Shown here in pieces: positions 48,927 through 61,388 of a stretch of 64,000 nucleotides of DNA. The notes under the pieces were generated by a model that saw only the letters and a program-made list of their open reading frames with translations, was not told where the DNA came from and searched no databases. The position numbers and the translations under genes were made by a program. Within the stretch, counting starts at the first letter, position 1, and the number at the start of each line of letters is the position of its first letter. Where the stretch lies: positions 79,672,001 through 79,736,000 of the forward strand of contig NC_086108.1 of NCBI RefSeq assembly GCF_963921235.1, given 5' to 3'. The stretch comes from Mobula hypostoma. Lineage: Eukaryota.

Positions 48927-49470
48927 CTGTGAGAAAGAACAGAAAAGAGCTCATCTACTAAAGCAGCATCTAGCATATTGGAATCCATTGTTGGGTACAG
49001 CAACTCATTTACCAGGAAATAACATGTATTGGGAGCATAAATTGGCAACTGATTTACTCAGGAAAAGCACATCAGAAATGTGGATACTGTTTAGAAAGCA
49101 CTTGCATGGCATTCTGGATTTGGACTGTTGAGGTAGAGAAAGGATGGCAGGTTGAAGGAACCACGGTTGACAAGAGATGCGGAACATAGAATAGGAAGAA
49201 AAAGCATACTTAAGGATTAGGAAGTAAGGGTCAGACAGGGTTCCAGAGAAGGTAGCCACGAAGGAGCTGAAGAAGGGATTTAGGAAAGCTCGGAGTAGAA
49301 ACGAGAAGGTCTTGGTGAGTAGGATTAAGGAAAATCCCAAGGCATTCTACACATTCATAAATAACAGGATGATACCTCAAGTAAGGATAGGACCAATTGG
49401 GGATAAAACAGGAAGCATGTCTGGAGACAGAGGAGTCAAGAAATGTCCTTAATGAATACTTTGCTTTAGT

Positions 49471-50598
49471 ACACGGTATTGGAGGTAAGGTATTGATGTG
49501 GATAGAGAATTGGTTGGCAGACAGGAAGCAAAGAGTGGGAATAAACGGGACCTTTTCAGAATGGCAGGCAGTGACTAGTGGGGTACCGCAAGGCTCAGTG
49601 CTGGGACCCCAGTTGTTTACAATATGTATTAATGATTTGGATGAGGGAATTAACTGCAGCATCTCCAAGTTTGCGGATGACACGAAGCTGGGCGGCAGTG
49701 TTAGCTGTGAGGAGGATGCTAAGAAGATGCAGGGTGACTTGGATAGGTTAGGTGAGTGAGCAAATTCATGGCAGATGCAATTTAATGTGGATAAATGTGA
49801 AGTTATCCACTTTGGTGGCAAAAACAGGAAAACAGATTATTATCTGAATGGTGGTCGATTAGGAAAAGGGGAGGTGCAACGAGACCTGGGTGTCATTATA
49901 CACCAGTCATTGAAAGTGGGCATGCAGGTACAGCAGGCGGTGAAAAAGGCAAATGGTATGCTGGCATTTATAGCGAGAGGATTCGAGTACAGGAGCAGGG
50001 AGGTACTAATGCAGTTGTACAAGGCCTTGGTGAGACCACACCTGGAGTATTGTGTGCAGTTTTGGTCCCCTAATCTGAGGAAAGACATCCTTGCCATACA
50101 GGGAGTACAAAGAAGGTTCACCAGATTGACTCCTGGGATGGCAGGACTTTCATATGATGAAAGACTGGATGAACTAGGCTTATATTCGTTGGAATTTAGA
50201 AGATTGAGGGGGGATCTGATTGAAACGTATAAAATCCTAAAGGGATTGGACAGGCTAGATGCAGGAAGATTGTTCCCGATGTTGGGGAAGTCCAGAATGA
50301 GGGGTCACAGTTTGAGGATAAAGGGGAAGCCTTTTAGGACCGAGATTAGGAAAAACTTCTTCACACAGAGAGTGGTGAATCTGTGGAATTCTCTGCCACA
50401 GGAAACAGTTGAGGCCAGTTCATTGGCTATATTTAAGAGGGAGTTAGATATGGCCCTTGTGGCTAAAGGGATCGGGGGTATGGAGGGAAGGCTGGTACAG
50501 GGTTCTGAGTTGGATGATCAGCCATGATCATACTGAATGGCGATGCAGGCTCAAAGGGCTGAATGGCCTACTCCTGCACCTATTTTCTGTTTTCTATG
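49471..50598 (+). mobile_element. Young CR1 copy, same family as 36962-38423, with one premature stop
   Basis: ORFs 49397..49759 and 49775..50527 are nearly identical to 36885..38327; TGG>TGA at 49757-49759. Confidence 0.95.
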
Positions 50599-50747
50599 TA
50601 TTCACCAGTGAGAGGGACCTTGATGAATGCGAGGACAACAGCTGATATGCTGCAACATGGTAATAATTTTTTTTTTAAAAAGAGGATGTGCCTGAACTTT
50701 AGTAAAACACGAGGACAGATAAGTCCCTGAGGCCAGAGAGGATACGA

Positions 50748-52095
50748 GATCATAGAACCATAAGATATAGGAGCAGAATTAGGTCACTTGGCCCATCGAG
50801 TCTGCTCTGCCATTTCAACATGGTTGATCCAATTTTCCTCTCAGCTCCAATCTCCAGCCTTCTCCCCATATCCCTTCATGCCCTGACCAATCAAGAATCT
50901 ATAAATCTCTGCTTTAAATATACATAAAGATTTGGCCTCCACAGCTGCCTGTGGCAAAGGATCCCACAGATTCACCACTCTCTGGCTAAAGAAGTTCTTC
51001 CTCATCTCCGTTCTAAAAGGATGCCCTTCTTTTCTGAGATTTTGCCCTCTGGTCTTAGACTCTCCCATCATAGAAAACATGCTGTCCACTTACACTCTTA
51101 TCAAGGCATTTCACCACTTGATAGCTTTCAATGAGGTCACCCCTCATTCTACTGAATACCAGCGAATATAGGCCCAGAGCTATCAAATGCTCTTCAAATG
51201 ACAAGTCATTAAATCCTGGAATCATTTTCGTGAACCTCCTCTGAACCTCTTCAGTTTCAGCACATCCTTTCTAAGGTAAGGGGCCAAAAACTGTCCACAA
51301 CACTCCCAGTGAGGCCTCACGAGTGCTTTACAAAATTCCAACATTACGTCCTTGCTTTTATATTCTAGTCCTCTTGAAATAACTGCTAACATTGCATTTG
51401 CCTTCCTCACCACACACTCAACCTGCAAATTAACCTTTAGGTTTAGGGAATCCTGCACAAAGATTCCCAAGTCCCTTTGCACCTCAGTTTTTTTGTATTT
51501 TCTCTCCATTTAGAAAATAGTCAACCCTTTCATTCCTTCTCCAAAGTGCAAGACCATACACTTCCCGCCACTGTATTCCATTAGCCATTTCTTTGCCCAT
51601 TCTCCTAATCTGTTTAAGTCCTTCTGTGGCCTCTCTACTTCCTCAAATCTACTTGCCCCTCCAGCTATCTTCATTTCATCTGCAAACTTTGCAATAAAGC
51701 CATCAATTCCATCATTCAAATCATTGACATACAACATAAAAAGAACTGGTTCCAACACAGATCCCTGTGGAGCACCACTAGTCACCAGCAGCCAGCCAGA
51801 AGAGGCTACCTTTATTCCCAATCTATGCCTCATGCCAATCAGCCACTGCTTTATCCATGCTAGAATATTTCCTGTAATATCAGGGGCTCATAGCTTCTTA
51901 AGCAGCCTCATGTGTAGTATCTCGTCAAAGGAAAATCCAAATACACAACATCAACTGATTCTCCACTGATCTATCCTGCTTGTTACTTCTTCAAAGAATT
52001 TCAACAGATTTGTCAGGCAAGATTTTCCCTTGAGGAAATCATGCTGACTACGGCCTATTTTATCATGTACCTCCAAGACCTCATCCTTAATAATA
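50748..52095 (-). mobile_element. Degenerate CR1 LINE
   Basis: VTSGAPQGSVLEPVLFMLYVNDL...KFADEMKI and FRTEMRKNFFSQRVVNLW. Confidence 0.85.
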
Positions 52096-52472
52096 CACTA
52101 GATTACTATAGGAAGTGAGGGAAGAAATTGCTATGATTTAATGATGATTTCTGGGTCCTCACTGGCCACAGGAGTAGTGCCAGATAATTGGAAGTTGGCA
52201 AACTTTATTCCTTTGTTCAAGAAAGGTACTATGGATAACTCTGGAAATTATAGACCTGTGGGTCCTATGTCAGTGGTGGGCAAACTATTGGAGAGGATTC
52301 TTACAGCCAGGATTTATGAGCATTTGGAGAAGCATTGCCTTAATATGAATAGCCAGCATGACTTTGTAAGGAGCAGGTCACGCCTCACGAACCTGATTGA
52401 ATTCTTCGAGGCAGTGAATAAGCAAATGGATAGAGCAGTGGATATGAATTTCATTAAGGCATTTGACAATGT

Positions 52473-52776
52473 CTATTTATTTATTTATTTATTTACTTAC
52501 TTAGAAATACAGCACAGAACAGGCCCTACCATCCCAACAAACTGCACCATAGAGCAATCCACCTATTTAACCCTAGCCTAATCACAGGACAATTTACAAT
52601 GACCAGTTGACCTACTAATCAGTAGGTCTTTGGACTATGAGATGAAACTGAAGCATCTGAAGGAAACCTATGTGGTTCTTGGGGAGAACGTGCAAACTCC
52701 TTACAGACAGCACAGGAATTGAACTCTGAGATGCCCCACGTTGCAAAAGCATTGTGCTAACTGCTAGGCTACCGTA
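52473..52776 (-). mobile_element. tRNA-derived V-SINE-like element
   Basis: Similar in reverse complement to 26280-26560; (taaa)n tail. Confidence 0.7.
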
Positions 52777-53949
52777 GTGTTCCTCATGGCAGGTACATTC
52801 AGAAAGTAAGGAGAAATTGGATTCAAGGAAATTTGGCTGCACAGATTCAGAGTCGGCTTACCTACAGAAGGCAGAGTAGATGGAGATGGAGTAGCAGTAG
52901 ATGGAGCATATTCTGCCTGGAGGCTGGTGACAAGTGGTGTTCTGCAGAGATCTATTTTGGGACCCGATGAAGGGTCTCACCCCAAAACATTGACTTTTTA
53001 TTCCTCTCCATAGATACTGCCTGACTTGCTGAATTCCTCCAGCACTTGGCATGCGCTACTCTGGATTTCTAGCATCTGCAGAATTGTGCGTTTGTAGAGA
53101 CAATTTTTTTTTTTTAAAAACACAGCGAGTGGTGGTTGCATGGAATGCCTAACAGTGGTGGTGGTGGTAGAGACAAATACGTTAGGGAAATTTCAGAGAC
53201 TCTTATGGGGACACTTGGATGAAAGAAAGTTAGAGAGGTATGTGAGAGAGAAGGGTTAGAGTGTTCTTAGATTAGGTTAAAAGGTTGGAACAACATCTTG
53301 GGCTGAAGGGCCTGTAAGTTCTAGATACCATGGCCTAACATTTCGTCAATTTTTAATTTTAAAAGCTGTTGAAGAGTTGTGGGGAGATAAAATGGTTTGG
53401 AAATGGCCTTGTGTTTGCAATTCCCTTCATAGACTATTCCAAAGTTGTATTACGTTGTTCAGGAGATGCTATCTATTCCTGCATTCTATCTTATGATCAG
53501 GTCTGGAAGGCAGTGTGTACCTGGACAGACTAAAGAATGGTGCAAGGGTTAGGTAATTAGCAGAATAAGCAACATGGCAGTGACAAATGACAATCTGAAA
53601 GGGTGAATATCCTACTTGGTGTTAAGGTAAAAAGCTATTGCAAAACAGATTGGTAGGACTGCAAGACACCAGCAGCCCTAGTCCATATTAAAAGCAACAG
53701 CACATGAACAAACAAGGAGAATATAAATTTAATTAATTTAAATATTAATTTATTTGGGGACCATCTACATTAATAAAGCGACTTCAAAGGAAGCCTAACC
53801 ATACATTAAGTGAGATATGGACAAATTGAACATGAAAAACAAATAACATTCTAAAATTTCCTTTTCTGTATTCTGCTGACAACATATATTATTTTGGACC
53901 TAAGCATATGCTAATTCCTAGCACCATAAAAGAGGGATGTGCTTTAGTC

Positions 53950-54720
53950 TTAGTAGTGATGATTATAAAAAAAATCCTGTCTGGCTCGCCTTGGTTCTTC
54001 AGAGAAAGATATTTGAAAGCTTAAAAGGAAGAAGAATATTCTAAGAACAGCCCCCATCCTCGTGGCATGGCACAGCCTTGATCCAAGCATGGCGCAAACT
54101 ACCAAACTGCAAAAGGTGATCAAAGCTACATTTACTCAATTATGCCAAAGAACCCTGGTATAACTGCAGTCAATGGATATCAAGAGGAACACTATAATGG
54201 CTGGATTCATACCACTCAAAAACAAAATGGTTCTGGATGCTGGGGGACAGCTGGCTCAGCCACAGGACAACAGTGTAGATGTTCTTCAGGACAGAATCCT
54301 GCCATAGCCGCCCTCAGCTACATTAGCCAATGATCTTCCTTCCATCATAAAATTATTTATGGAATGTTTTCTGATGATTGCAAGATGTTCAGTTCCATCC
54401 AAAACTTAGAAAGTGAAGTAGTCTATACCCACATACAGCAAGATCTGGAGAGTATTCAGCCATGGGTTGATGAGTGACAATGAACACGTGGACCACTGAG
54501 TAGCAACTCAGCTGATTAACCACACCATCGCTACAAGAGCTCCATATCTGAGCTTCCTGCAGCAAAGGGTCACCTCATAACACAACAAACCTTTCCACCA
54601 TGTACAATACAAATCAGGCCTATGGGGCAATGGGCTTTACTTGCCTGAATTAATGCAGCTCAACACAATCCAATACAAAGCAGACCACTAGATAGACAAC
54701 TCCATCCACTATACAGCTGC
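53950..54720 (+). mobile_element. Old CR1-group LINE RT remnant
   Basis: Near 54330-54480 reads NDLPSII...MFSDDCKMFSSI...QQDLESIQPW. Confidence 0.5.
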
Positions 54721-54769
54721 AATGTATTAACATCGATAAAATCATGACCTGCCTCTCATAAAGCCAAGC

Positions 54770-55480
54770 AAAGTTTCAGGTTTCTGGGAATACACATCTC
54801 AGAAGACCATACATGGTCCACTAACAGCACAACAATAGTTAAGAAAGCATAGCAACGCTTGTTTTTCCTCAGGACGCTGAAGAAAGCTGGTCCAGCTGAA
54901 CAGATGCTGGTGAGCTTTTACCGCTGCACCATAGACAGTATCTAAGCATACTGCATCTCTGTGTGGTATCTCAGTTGTGCAGCAGCTGATAGGAAAGCAC
55001 TTCAGCGGGTCGTCTCTAGCGCACAGAAGATCATCGGGACACAGCTCCCAGCCCTGGAGGACACCTACAGCTCTCGCTGCCTAAGGAAACATACAAGCAT
55101 CTGTAAGCATAATACACACCCATGCAATCATCTGTTTGAACTTCTTCCATCTGGCAGTCGTTATAAGATTTTCTATGCCTGTACTTCTAGACTGAAAAAT
55201 AGCATTTTCCCCAGAGCTATAATTGCTCTGAACCAATCGATCAAGCATCATCCATAATTTGTTATATTGCTACTTTAATACTGGTTTTATGGCTGTCATG
55301 CACTTGAGTTGCGCTTTTATACTGCTGGACATTGCTTGTACTGGCTGGTTACTTGATTTTATTTATTTTATTTGTTGTTTTATAGCATTGAGTACAAGAG
55401 TTGCAAACTCATTTTCGCTGTATTGGTGCATGATAAATTGTACTATGCAATGACAATAAAGATATTTCATTTCATTTCAG
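54770..55480 (+). mobile_element. Rex/Babar-type LINE 3' end
   Basis: WYLSCAAADRKALQRVV...HPCNHLFELLPSGSRY...RLKNSIFPRAI; AATAAA followed by an (atttc)n tail. Confidence 0.8.
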
Positions 55481-56217
55481 ACTATCCCCAATCAAGCTAT
55501 ACTTCTCAAAATACTTGTAAATCCTGTCTTTAAGAATTCTCTCCAATAGTTTGCTCACCACCGACATAAGACTCACTGGTTTGCAGTTACTTGGCTGAGC
55601 TAGTCCAAAAGCAGCACCAAACCCTGTAACTCTTCAAGTAGAAACAAGAGTAACAGGCTCCAGAGAACACTACCACTTGCAGGTTCCCCTCCAAATCACA
55701 CACGATTCTAACCTGAAAATGTACCGGCGATATTTCATCGTCACTACATCCAGAGAAACAGCAAACGCTCAAGCACCTCACCCTTATTCTTGAAGGCAAC
55801 AGAGACTAGCATTAAATACTGGTTCTCACAAAGATTCCCCCCCCCGCCAAAAAAAAGGATTAAAATTGATAAACATCTTCTGTCACAGGTCTTCTGAAAT
55901 CATAATAGATAATGCAAAATAATTTAGAAAAGCAGCTTGGCTCAGAGCTGGCTCATACCCAAATATTTTAATGGTTGGCAAGAGAAAGTACTCAGCCGAG
56001 TGTGTCATTTGGGAGAGGTCCCGAGTTCAGGAAGTCTTGAGAGTTACTCCATTTGTTATGTGCCCTATTCTATGATTCACAGTTACATAACAAGTGCTTC
56101 GAGGAAGTTGCTGTGCTGGAGAATTTTCAAACTTCACACCAGGACTTCAAATTTAAATGAACTTGATACACTTAAGATCTGCCCGACACTTACTGACTTA
56201 ATGGTTCTGTTCCTTAC

Positions 56218-56330
56218 CTGGGAGATACCTTCCCGCTTGCCTCATACACCAGACAGGAACATAATCAGTCACTTCACCCCATGCTGCTTTGAGAAATGTA
56301 TCATTTTTCAGGGCAGGAAAATCTTTGGAT
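56218..56330 (-). CDS. UROD: Uroporphyrinogen decarboxylase, coding exon 2 (113 bp)
   Basis: Minus strand reads gatttttcag|A TCC AAA GAT...CTC CCA G|gtaagg and translates [37 protein letters not shown](E). This contains the UROD signature [14 protein letters not shown]. Confidence 0.97.
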
Positions 56331-56392
56331 CTGAAAAATCATTCCAATAAATGCAAATAAGAAGTTGCATAAGTACAGAAATTTTTAATAAT

Positions 56393-57227
56393 GATTCAAG
56401 GATTCAAAGCATATTTATTATCAAAGAATGTATAAATTATACACCTTGAAATTTGTCTGTTTATAGGCAACCACAAAGTAAGAAACTTGAATAACCAAAT
56501 TAAAAAAGGCAAAAAACAAAAACCACTGTGCAGAGGAAAAAAACATAGTGCAAACAATAGAAGCAAGCCAACATCATTCGCACCAGACTGAGTCCAGGAT
56601 CCACTCCCAGAGCAGCTGGAGTCGGCCCAAGCCTCGGTGCCTAGTTTTCACACCAGCAGGGCTAAACACACAACAGCTGGACCAGTTCACAGTCTGTTTG
56701 CTGCAGCGAAAGGAATGAACATTCGTGAGAGAGCGAGCAAAATCAGCCCGACCCTTGCCTCCATACCAGACACTCAGAATTCCAGTCTACCTGGGCTGAT
56801 ATTTAAATTGTCCAAGCACCAGGTAGTGCCACAGTCTAGGATCTGAATCCAGGCGCTCCGATATGCCTGGGCCGCTCTGCCCGAAGCCGTTCACAATCTC
56901 ACCAATTCGGCTCTGCACTTGGAGCGATCCAACCTTGCACCTGGGTTAGGTGGCCAGGCATCGAAACTTCCGCGTTGATTCCTCTCCAAATCACTCACTT
57001 CATCTCATGCAGCGATATCACCAACTCAGTCGGCAACCCCAGCTCAAACAAGTTGCAGCTCACTATGCCCCAGCACGGCTTATCCCCCAGACCAGCCTCC
57101 TCACTGTATGTGGCAATAGTTCACCACTATTTGTTTTATGAAAGATGTTATAAATAATGTTTTTAGTCGATTCTCTTGCCTTATGATTTACCAGTAAGCC
57201 GTTGCACATCTTCAGTAGCGCCATCTT
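56393..57227 (-). mobile_element. Unclassified non-autonomous retroposon
   Basis: Minus strand begins aagatggcgc and ends with AATAAA and a (ttgaatcc)n-like tail just upstream of the exon 2 acceptor region. Confidence 0.45.
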
Positions 57228-57517
57228 AAACTGGAATAATTTTATCAATACTAATAACAAAATCAACTCTCCATTAAAATATTCTTCAGCACATTTGATC
57301 AAGCTCTCTAAATGTTCTGTGTAAAATATCACATTACAATACAATATAGAAAAAAGTAAAAAAGTATACACATGTATATTAAATAGTTAAATCAAAAAAT
57401 AGAGCAAAAAGAAAAAGGTAGTGTTCATGGGTTCAATACCCATTTAGAAATCAGGTAGCAGAGGGGAAGAAGCCGTTCTCGAATCGCTGAGTGTGTGTCT
57501 TCAGGCTAGAGTACCTG

Positions 57518-58213
57518 GGAAAGGAGGAGGAGAAGATGGCGGCATGACGCAGCACGTGCGGCCTCTCTGGTGATGATATCTGTTATCTGTCAAGTAGGGT
57601 GCCGTGCACAATCCTGATTTGATGGAGACAGACGTGAGAGCACGGAGGAACATCTGGTGAAACTTCTGAAATGCCTGTTTCGCTGCTGCTGCTACTGTGT
57701 GGTCCGAAATCTCCGGAGGGGAAAGCCCCGAGTCCTCGGCTTTGCCTGTTGCTCGGCGGCTGGGGCGGGGTCGAAGCGCTCGGCAGAGATGGTACTCGGT
57801 GCTGGAGGGCTGGTCGGAGGCTCGAAGTTTTCGGACGGACTCAGAGTCAGACTGTGGTCGGGTGCTTCCGGGATGCTGCATCGGCAAGTTTGCGGCACTG
57901 GAAGCTCATGGCAGGGAGAGTTTCTCCCTTCTACCATCTGCGTGAGATGTTGAGGCTATCGGGACTTTGAGACTTTCTTTTACCATGCCCATGGTCTGCT
58001 CTTATCAAAGTACGGTATCGCTTTTATCAAATTACGGTATTGCTTTGCACTGTTGTAACTATATGTTATAATTACGTGGTTTTTGTCAGTTTTAGTCTTG
58101 GTTTGTCTTGTGTTTCTGTGATATCATATTAGAGGAACATTGTATCAATTTTTATGCATGCATTTCTAAATTACAATAAACGAGGACTGAGTGTCCTCAT
58201 AATCTAATCTAAT
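57518..58213 (+). mobile_element. CpG-rich non-autonomous retroposon (SINE-like, no tRNA head seen)
   Basis: Begins gagaagatggcggc and ends with AATAAA and a (taatc)n tail; no LINE protein motifs in its ORFs. Confidence 0.55.
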
Positions 58214-59177
58214 TCTTCCTGAGGGTAACAATAAGTAGAGGGCATGACCTCCCCAGAAACATATCTATATTTCCTTCCAACACAAATTGCCACTCAGCTT
58301 AGTATCCATACCATGCTCAGATACAATACACATTCGTTCTGTCATCCACTAACCTCTATCCACATTACTAATAGAGGTGTTCTCTCACTGAGTGATGGCC
58401 TTCAAAGGAATTACAGACAAATACATTAAGTGTTTGCAAGGTAACTTTCAAGCTAAAATGCTCTTTTTAATTATTTATAAATCAATTGCATTCAACCTAG
58501 GAGGCAAATAGAGCCTAGTATGGCTGGCAACCACAGACAGAAATTAGTGTGGATTTGACCTTCAACTTGATTTGCATTTACACTTCTTGGGTTAAATCCA
58601 GAAACAATTTTTCACAGAGTAAAATAAAACAATAACATTTAAAATCAAGTTCCTCTTGTCAGCAACAGGCAATTCCTTGAATGCTTCTAGTTTTCAAAGT
58701 AAAAGTAAACACAACGCAAAGCTCAGTGCAAAATGCTTTGCTGTTCATATGTTTGTAAAAAAAATTATAGACAAAGAACATCAATGGATTTATTAGCAAG
58801 TGGAAACAAACTAACCTTTCAGTTATAATGAGCTTAGGTATGATCGTAGGTTGTTATAGGACTTTTCCTCTCCTGTACTTTTATTTCATGCTGCCCCTTA
58901 GTTAACAGGAGAGGCATCTAGGCCACTAACTTTATCAAGCTGGGCAGACACTAAACCCCACCAAAGAAGCAGGGTGCACAAGTAACTGCATATGGAATTA
59001 TGACTGTAAATCAGTAACCCAATAACAGTCTATTGAGTTATAAGAGTACTATTGTTGCACCTTATTTTTGACCATTCATGCAGATATATAGTCTCTATAC
59101 TTCTTTAATGTTTCAAACCAAGTTACAAAACATACTTCCTTTGGATAAAATATAAAAGCAGAAAAAAAATGAAGTGT

Positions 59178-59464
59178 TGTAGCGATGTGCTACACACAGC
59201 GCTAGAATAACCACACGGAGTCGGTGAGTTAGAGTTGCGATGAAAGAGATTTATTCAAACTTCGCGGCCCGCTTTAAAGCCTTCCCGTTTCCGCCCTCCC
59301 CGGGCGGGACTACTGTGGGGAATGCATATTCCCAGACCCTTTCTGCGCGCGGGATTTTCCCCCTGCTGGTGAAGATGGCCTGGCGCCCTTTTTGCTGCCG
59401 GCCCTCTGCCTGCGCACGCTGTTTCGTGAGCCGGTTCGTGGGTGCCAGAAAGTGGGTCGCCACA
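59178..59464 (-). mobile_element. Solo LTR (287 bp), probably Gypsy-type
   Basis: TG...CA ends with inverted termini tgtagcga and tcgccaca; 4-bp TSD gtgt at 59174-59177 and 59465-59468; TTTAAA then AATAAA on the minus strand. Confidence 0.8.
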
Positions 59465-60618
59465 GTGTTTTTATTTTCCTTTCAGCATGTCTGAAGTTTT
59501 TACAGTCATTAAGTACCTTAAGTGCAGAGTGTATCCTAATGTTTAAAATGGATGCATAAGTAAATAAATACATAGGGATTGGATAATTATGTCTGCGGGC
59601 AGGAACAAGCACGAACAAATTGGGAGATAAACACCTACAATGGTTGGTATATAGGCTTGTATGCAACATTTTGGACCAGTGGAAATGGTCCAGAAGGGTT
59701 GTATGGAAACTATTATTACCATTTTTCTTAACAACTAATTTCATTACTTAGCCTAATAGGTTAGATTTACCACAGTACATAATTATCTATTTAAATGTTT
59801 ACTTTGCTTTTATATCATCTCAATGTGTACTTAAGAATGTATAAATAATTGTAGTTTTATACATATAAAAAAATGGAAAAGGTTATATGTATGAAAAAAG
59901 TACATGATAATTGTGAATTCCTTATCCAAATAAAAATTAAAAAAAAAATAATTACATGTGTACAGCAAGCTCTCAGTTAACAGTCATGTTGTAACAAGTG
60001 GATAATTTCCTTTAGTGTTGTGAGTTGAAGGATAAATACTGCCCAGAAATTATTGTTCTGCAAAGCAATGTTCTGGATTTTTTTTTTAAAAACTCTCATT
60101 CAGGAGACATAATCTTATTTTTAAGATGATATTTTTTGACAGTGCAGCACTCCACCAGTACCACGCTTGATTTTGAATAAAACCCATTTCTGTGACTATA
60201 TTGCTATCTTATTAAAGCATAAAATGTACAGACACTGCAAAAAGAGAACACATATACTGCAAATGAATTACACACAAATATTACTTTGGGGACTCAAAGC
60301 TGGAATAATAGGTTTTCTGAACCATAATTCTTCATTTTGTTTGAATTTGGGGGAAAAAAAAACTGGAAATAGTCTTGGCAATGATAACAATAAAAGGAAT
60401 CAAACTGATGCAAACATCCAACTGCTTCAAAGAGGATATCTGCTGTCCTCATTGAGTTGCTGAAATGTAACACCAGTCCCTCTACTTGTGGTTGAATCTT
60501 AATACCTGCTGAAATGGCTTAGCAAAACTAAATAAAATAAATTCGCAGTTAACTCAGGGATTTTCATTTCAATCTTATATTAAATCAAAGGTACTTGTAT
60601 TGTCAATCAAATGGCATA

Positions 60619-61388
60619 CAGTGGCGCTAAAAAGTTTGTGAACCCTGTAGAATTTTCTCTATTTCTGCATAAATATGACCTAAATGTGATCAGATCTTCA
60701 TGTAAGTCCTAAAATGAGATAAAGAGAACCTAATTAAGTAAATAAGAAAAAAAAATTATACTTGTTCACTTATTTATGAGAAAATGATCCAATATAACAT
60801 GTATTTGCTGGAAAAAGTATGTGAACCTTGCTTTCAGTAACTGGTGTGACCCCCTTGTACAGCCATAACTTCAACCAAACCTTTCTGGTAACTGTTGATC
60901 AGTCCTGCACAGAGGCTTGGAGGAATTTTAGGCCATTCCTCCTTACAAAACTCCTTCAGCTCTGGGATGTTGGTGGGCTTCCTTGCATGAACTGTTTGCT
61001 TCAGGTCCTTCCACAACATTTTTATAGGATTAAGGTCAGGACTTTGACTCGGTCATTCCAAAACACAAATTTTCTTCTCTTTTTATACCATTCTGTTGTT
61101 AATTTACTTGTCTTTCAGATCAATGTCTTGTTGCATTATCCAACTTCTATTAAACTTCAGATGATGGACTGTTACCCCGATATTCCCCTGTAAAATGTCT
61201 TGATACAATTTTGAATTCATTGTTCGCTCAACAATTGCAATCTGTCCAGTCCCTGAGGCAGTAACACAGCCCTAAACCACGATGTTCCTTCCATGTTTCA
61301 CAGTTGAGATGAGGTTTTGGTGTTGGTGTGCAGTGCCCTTTTTCCTCTAAACATAGCCATGTGCATTTCTTCCAAAAAGTTCAACTTT
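60619..61388 (-). mobile_element. Tc1-like transposon 3' half, interrupted by a CR1
   Basis: TA followed by TIR cagtggcgctaaaaagtttgtgaaccc; peptide SQSPDLNPIKMLWKDLKQTVHARKPTNIPELKEFCKEEWPKIP; same family as 33980-34583. Confidence 0.88.

Larger units (their letters stand above)
49030..53320 (+). mobile_element. Old CR1 LINE fragmented by nested insertions (young CR1, antisense CR1, SINE, Penelope remnant)
   Basis: Host ORF2 sequence can be followed across the breaks (VLNEYFA...; VVPDNWKLANFIPLFKKG...NYRPV...SQHDFVRSRS). Confidence 0.75.

Noticed and set aside
2638..53000. Other hammerhead-like words (2638, 5024, 12500, 23320, 39035, 52963)
   Set aside because: Each has substitutions in CUGANGA, GAAA or the cleavage triplet and is probably an inactive relic.
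57518..59470. CpG-rich patches as the UROD promoter or exon 1
   Set aside because: Both patches resolve as insertions (a tailed retroposon and a solo LTR with a TSD). I found no convincing ATG exon with a phase-2 donor, so exon 1 is probably outside the window.
60025..60170. Ancient SINE remnant (similar words near 11945 and 16800)
   Set aside because: Too decayed to assign a family or boundaries by eye.
33980..61388. Two inverted Tc1 halves as a composite transposon carrying UROD exons 2-7
   Set aside because: The TIR outer ends face the intervening DNA, which is the wrong orientation to enclose it. Both copies are decayed and diverged.
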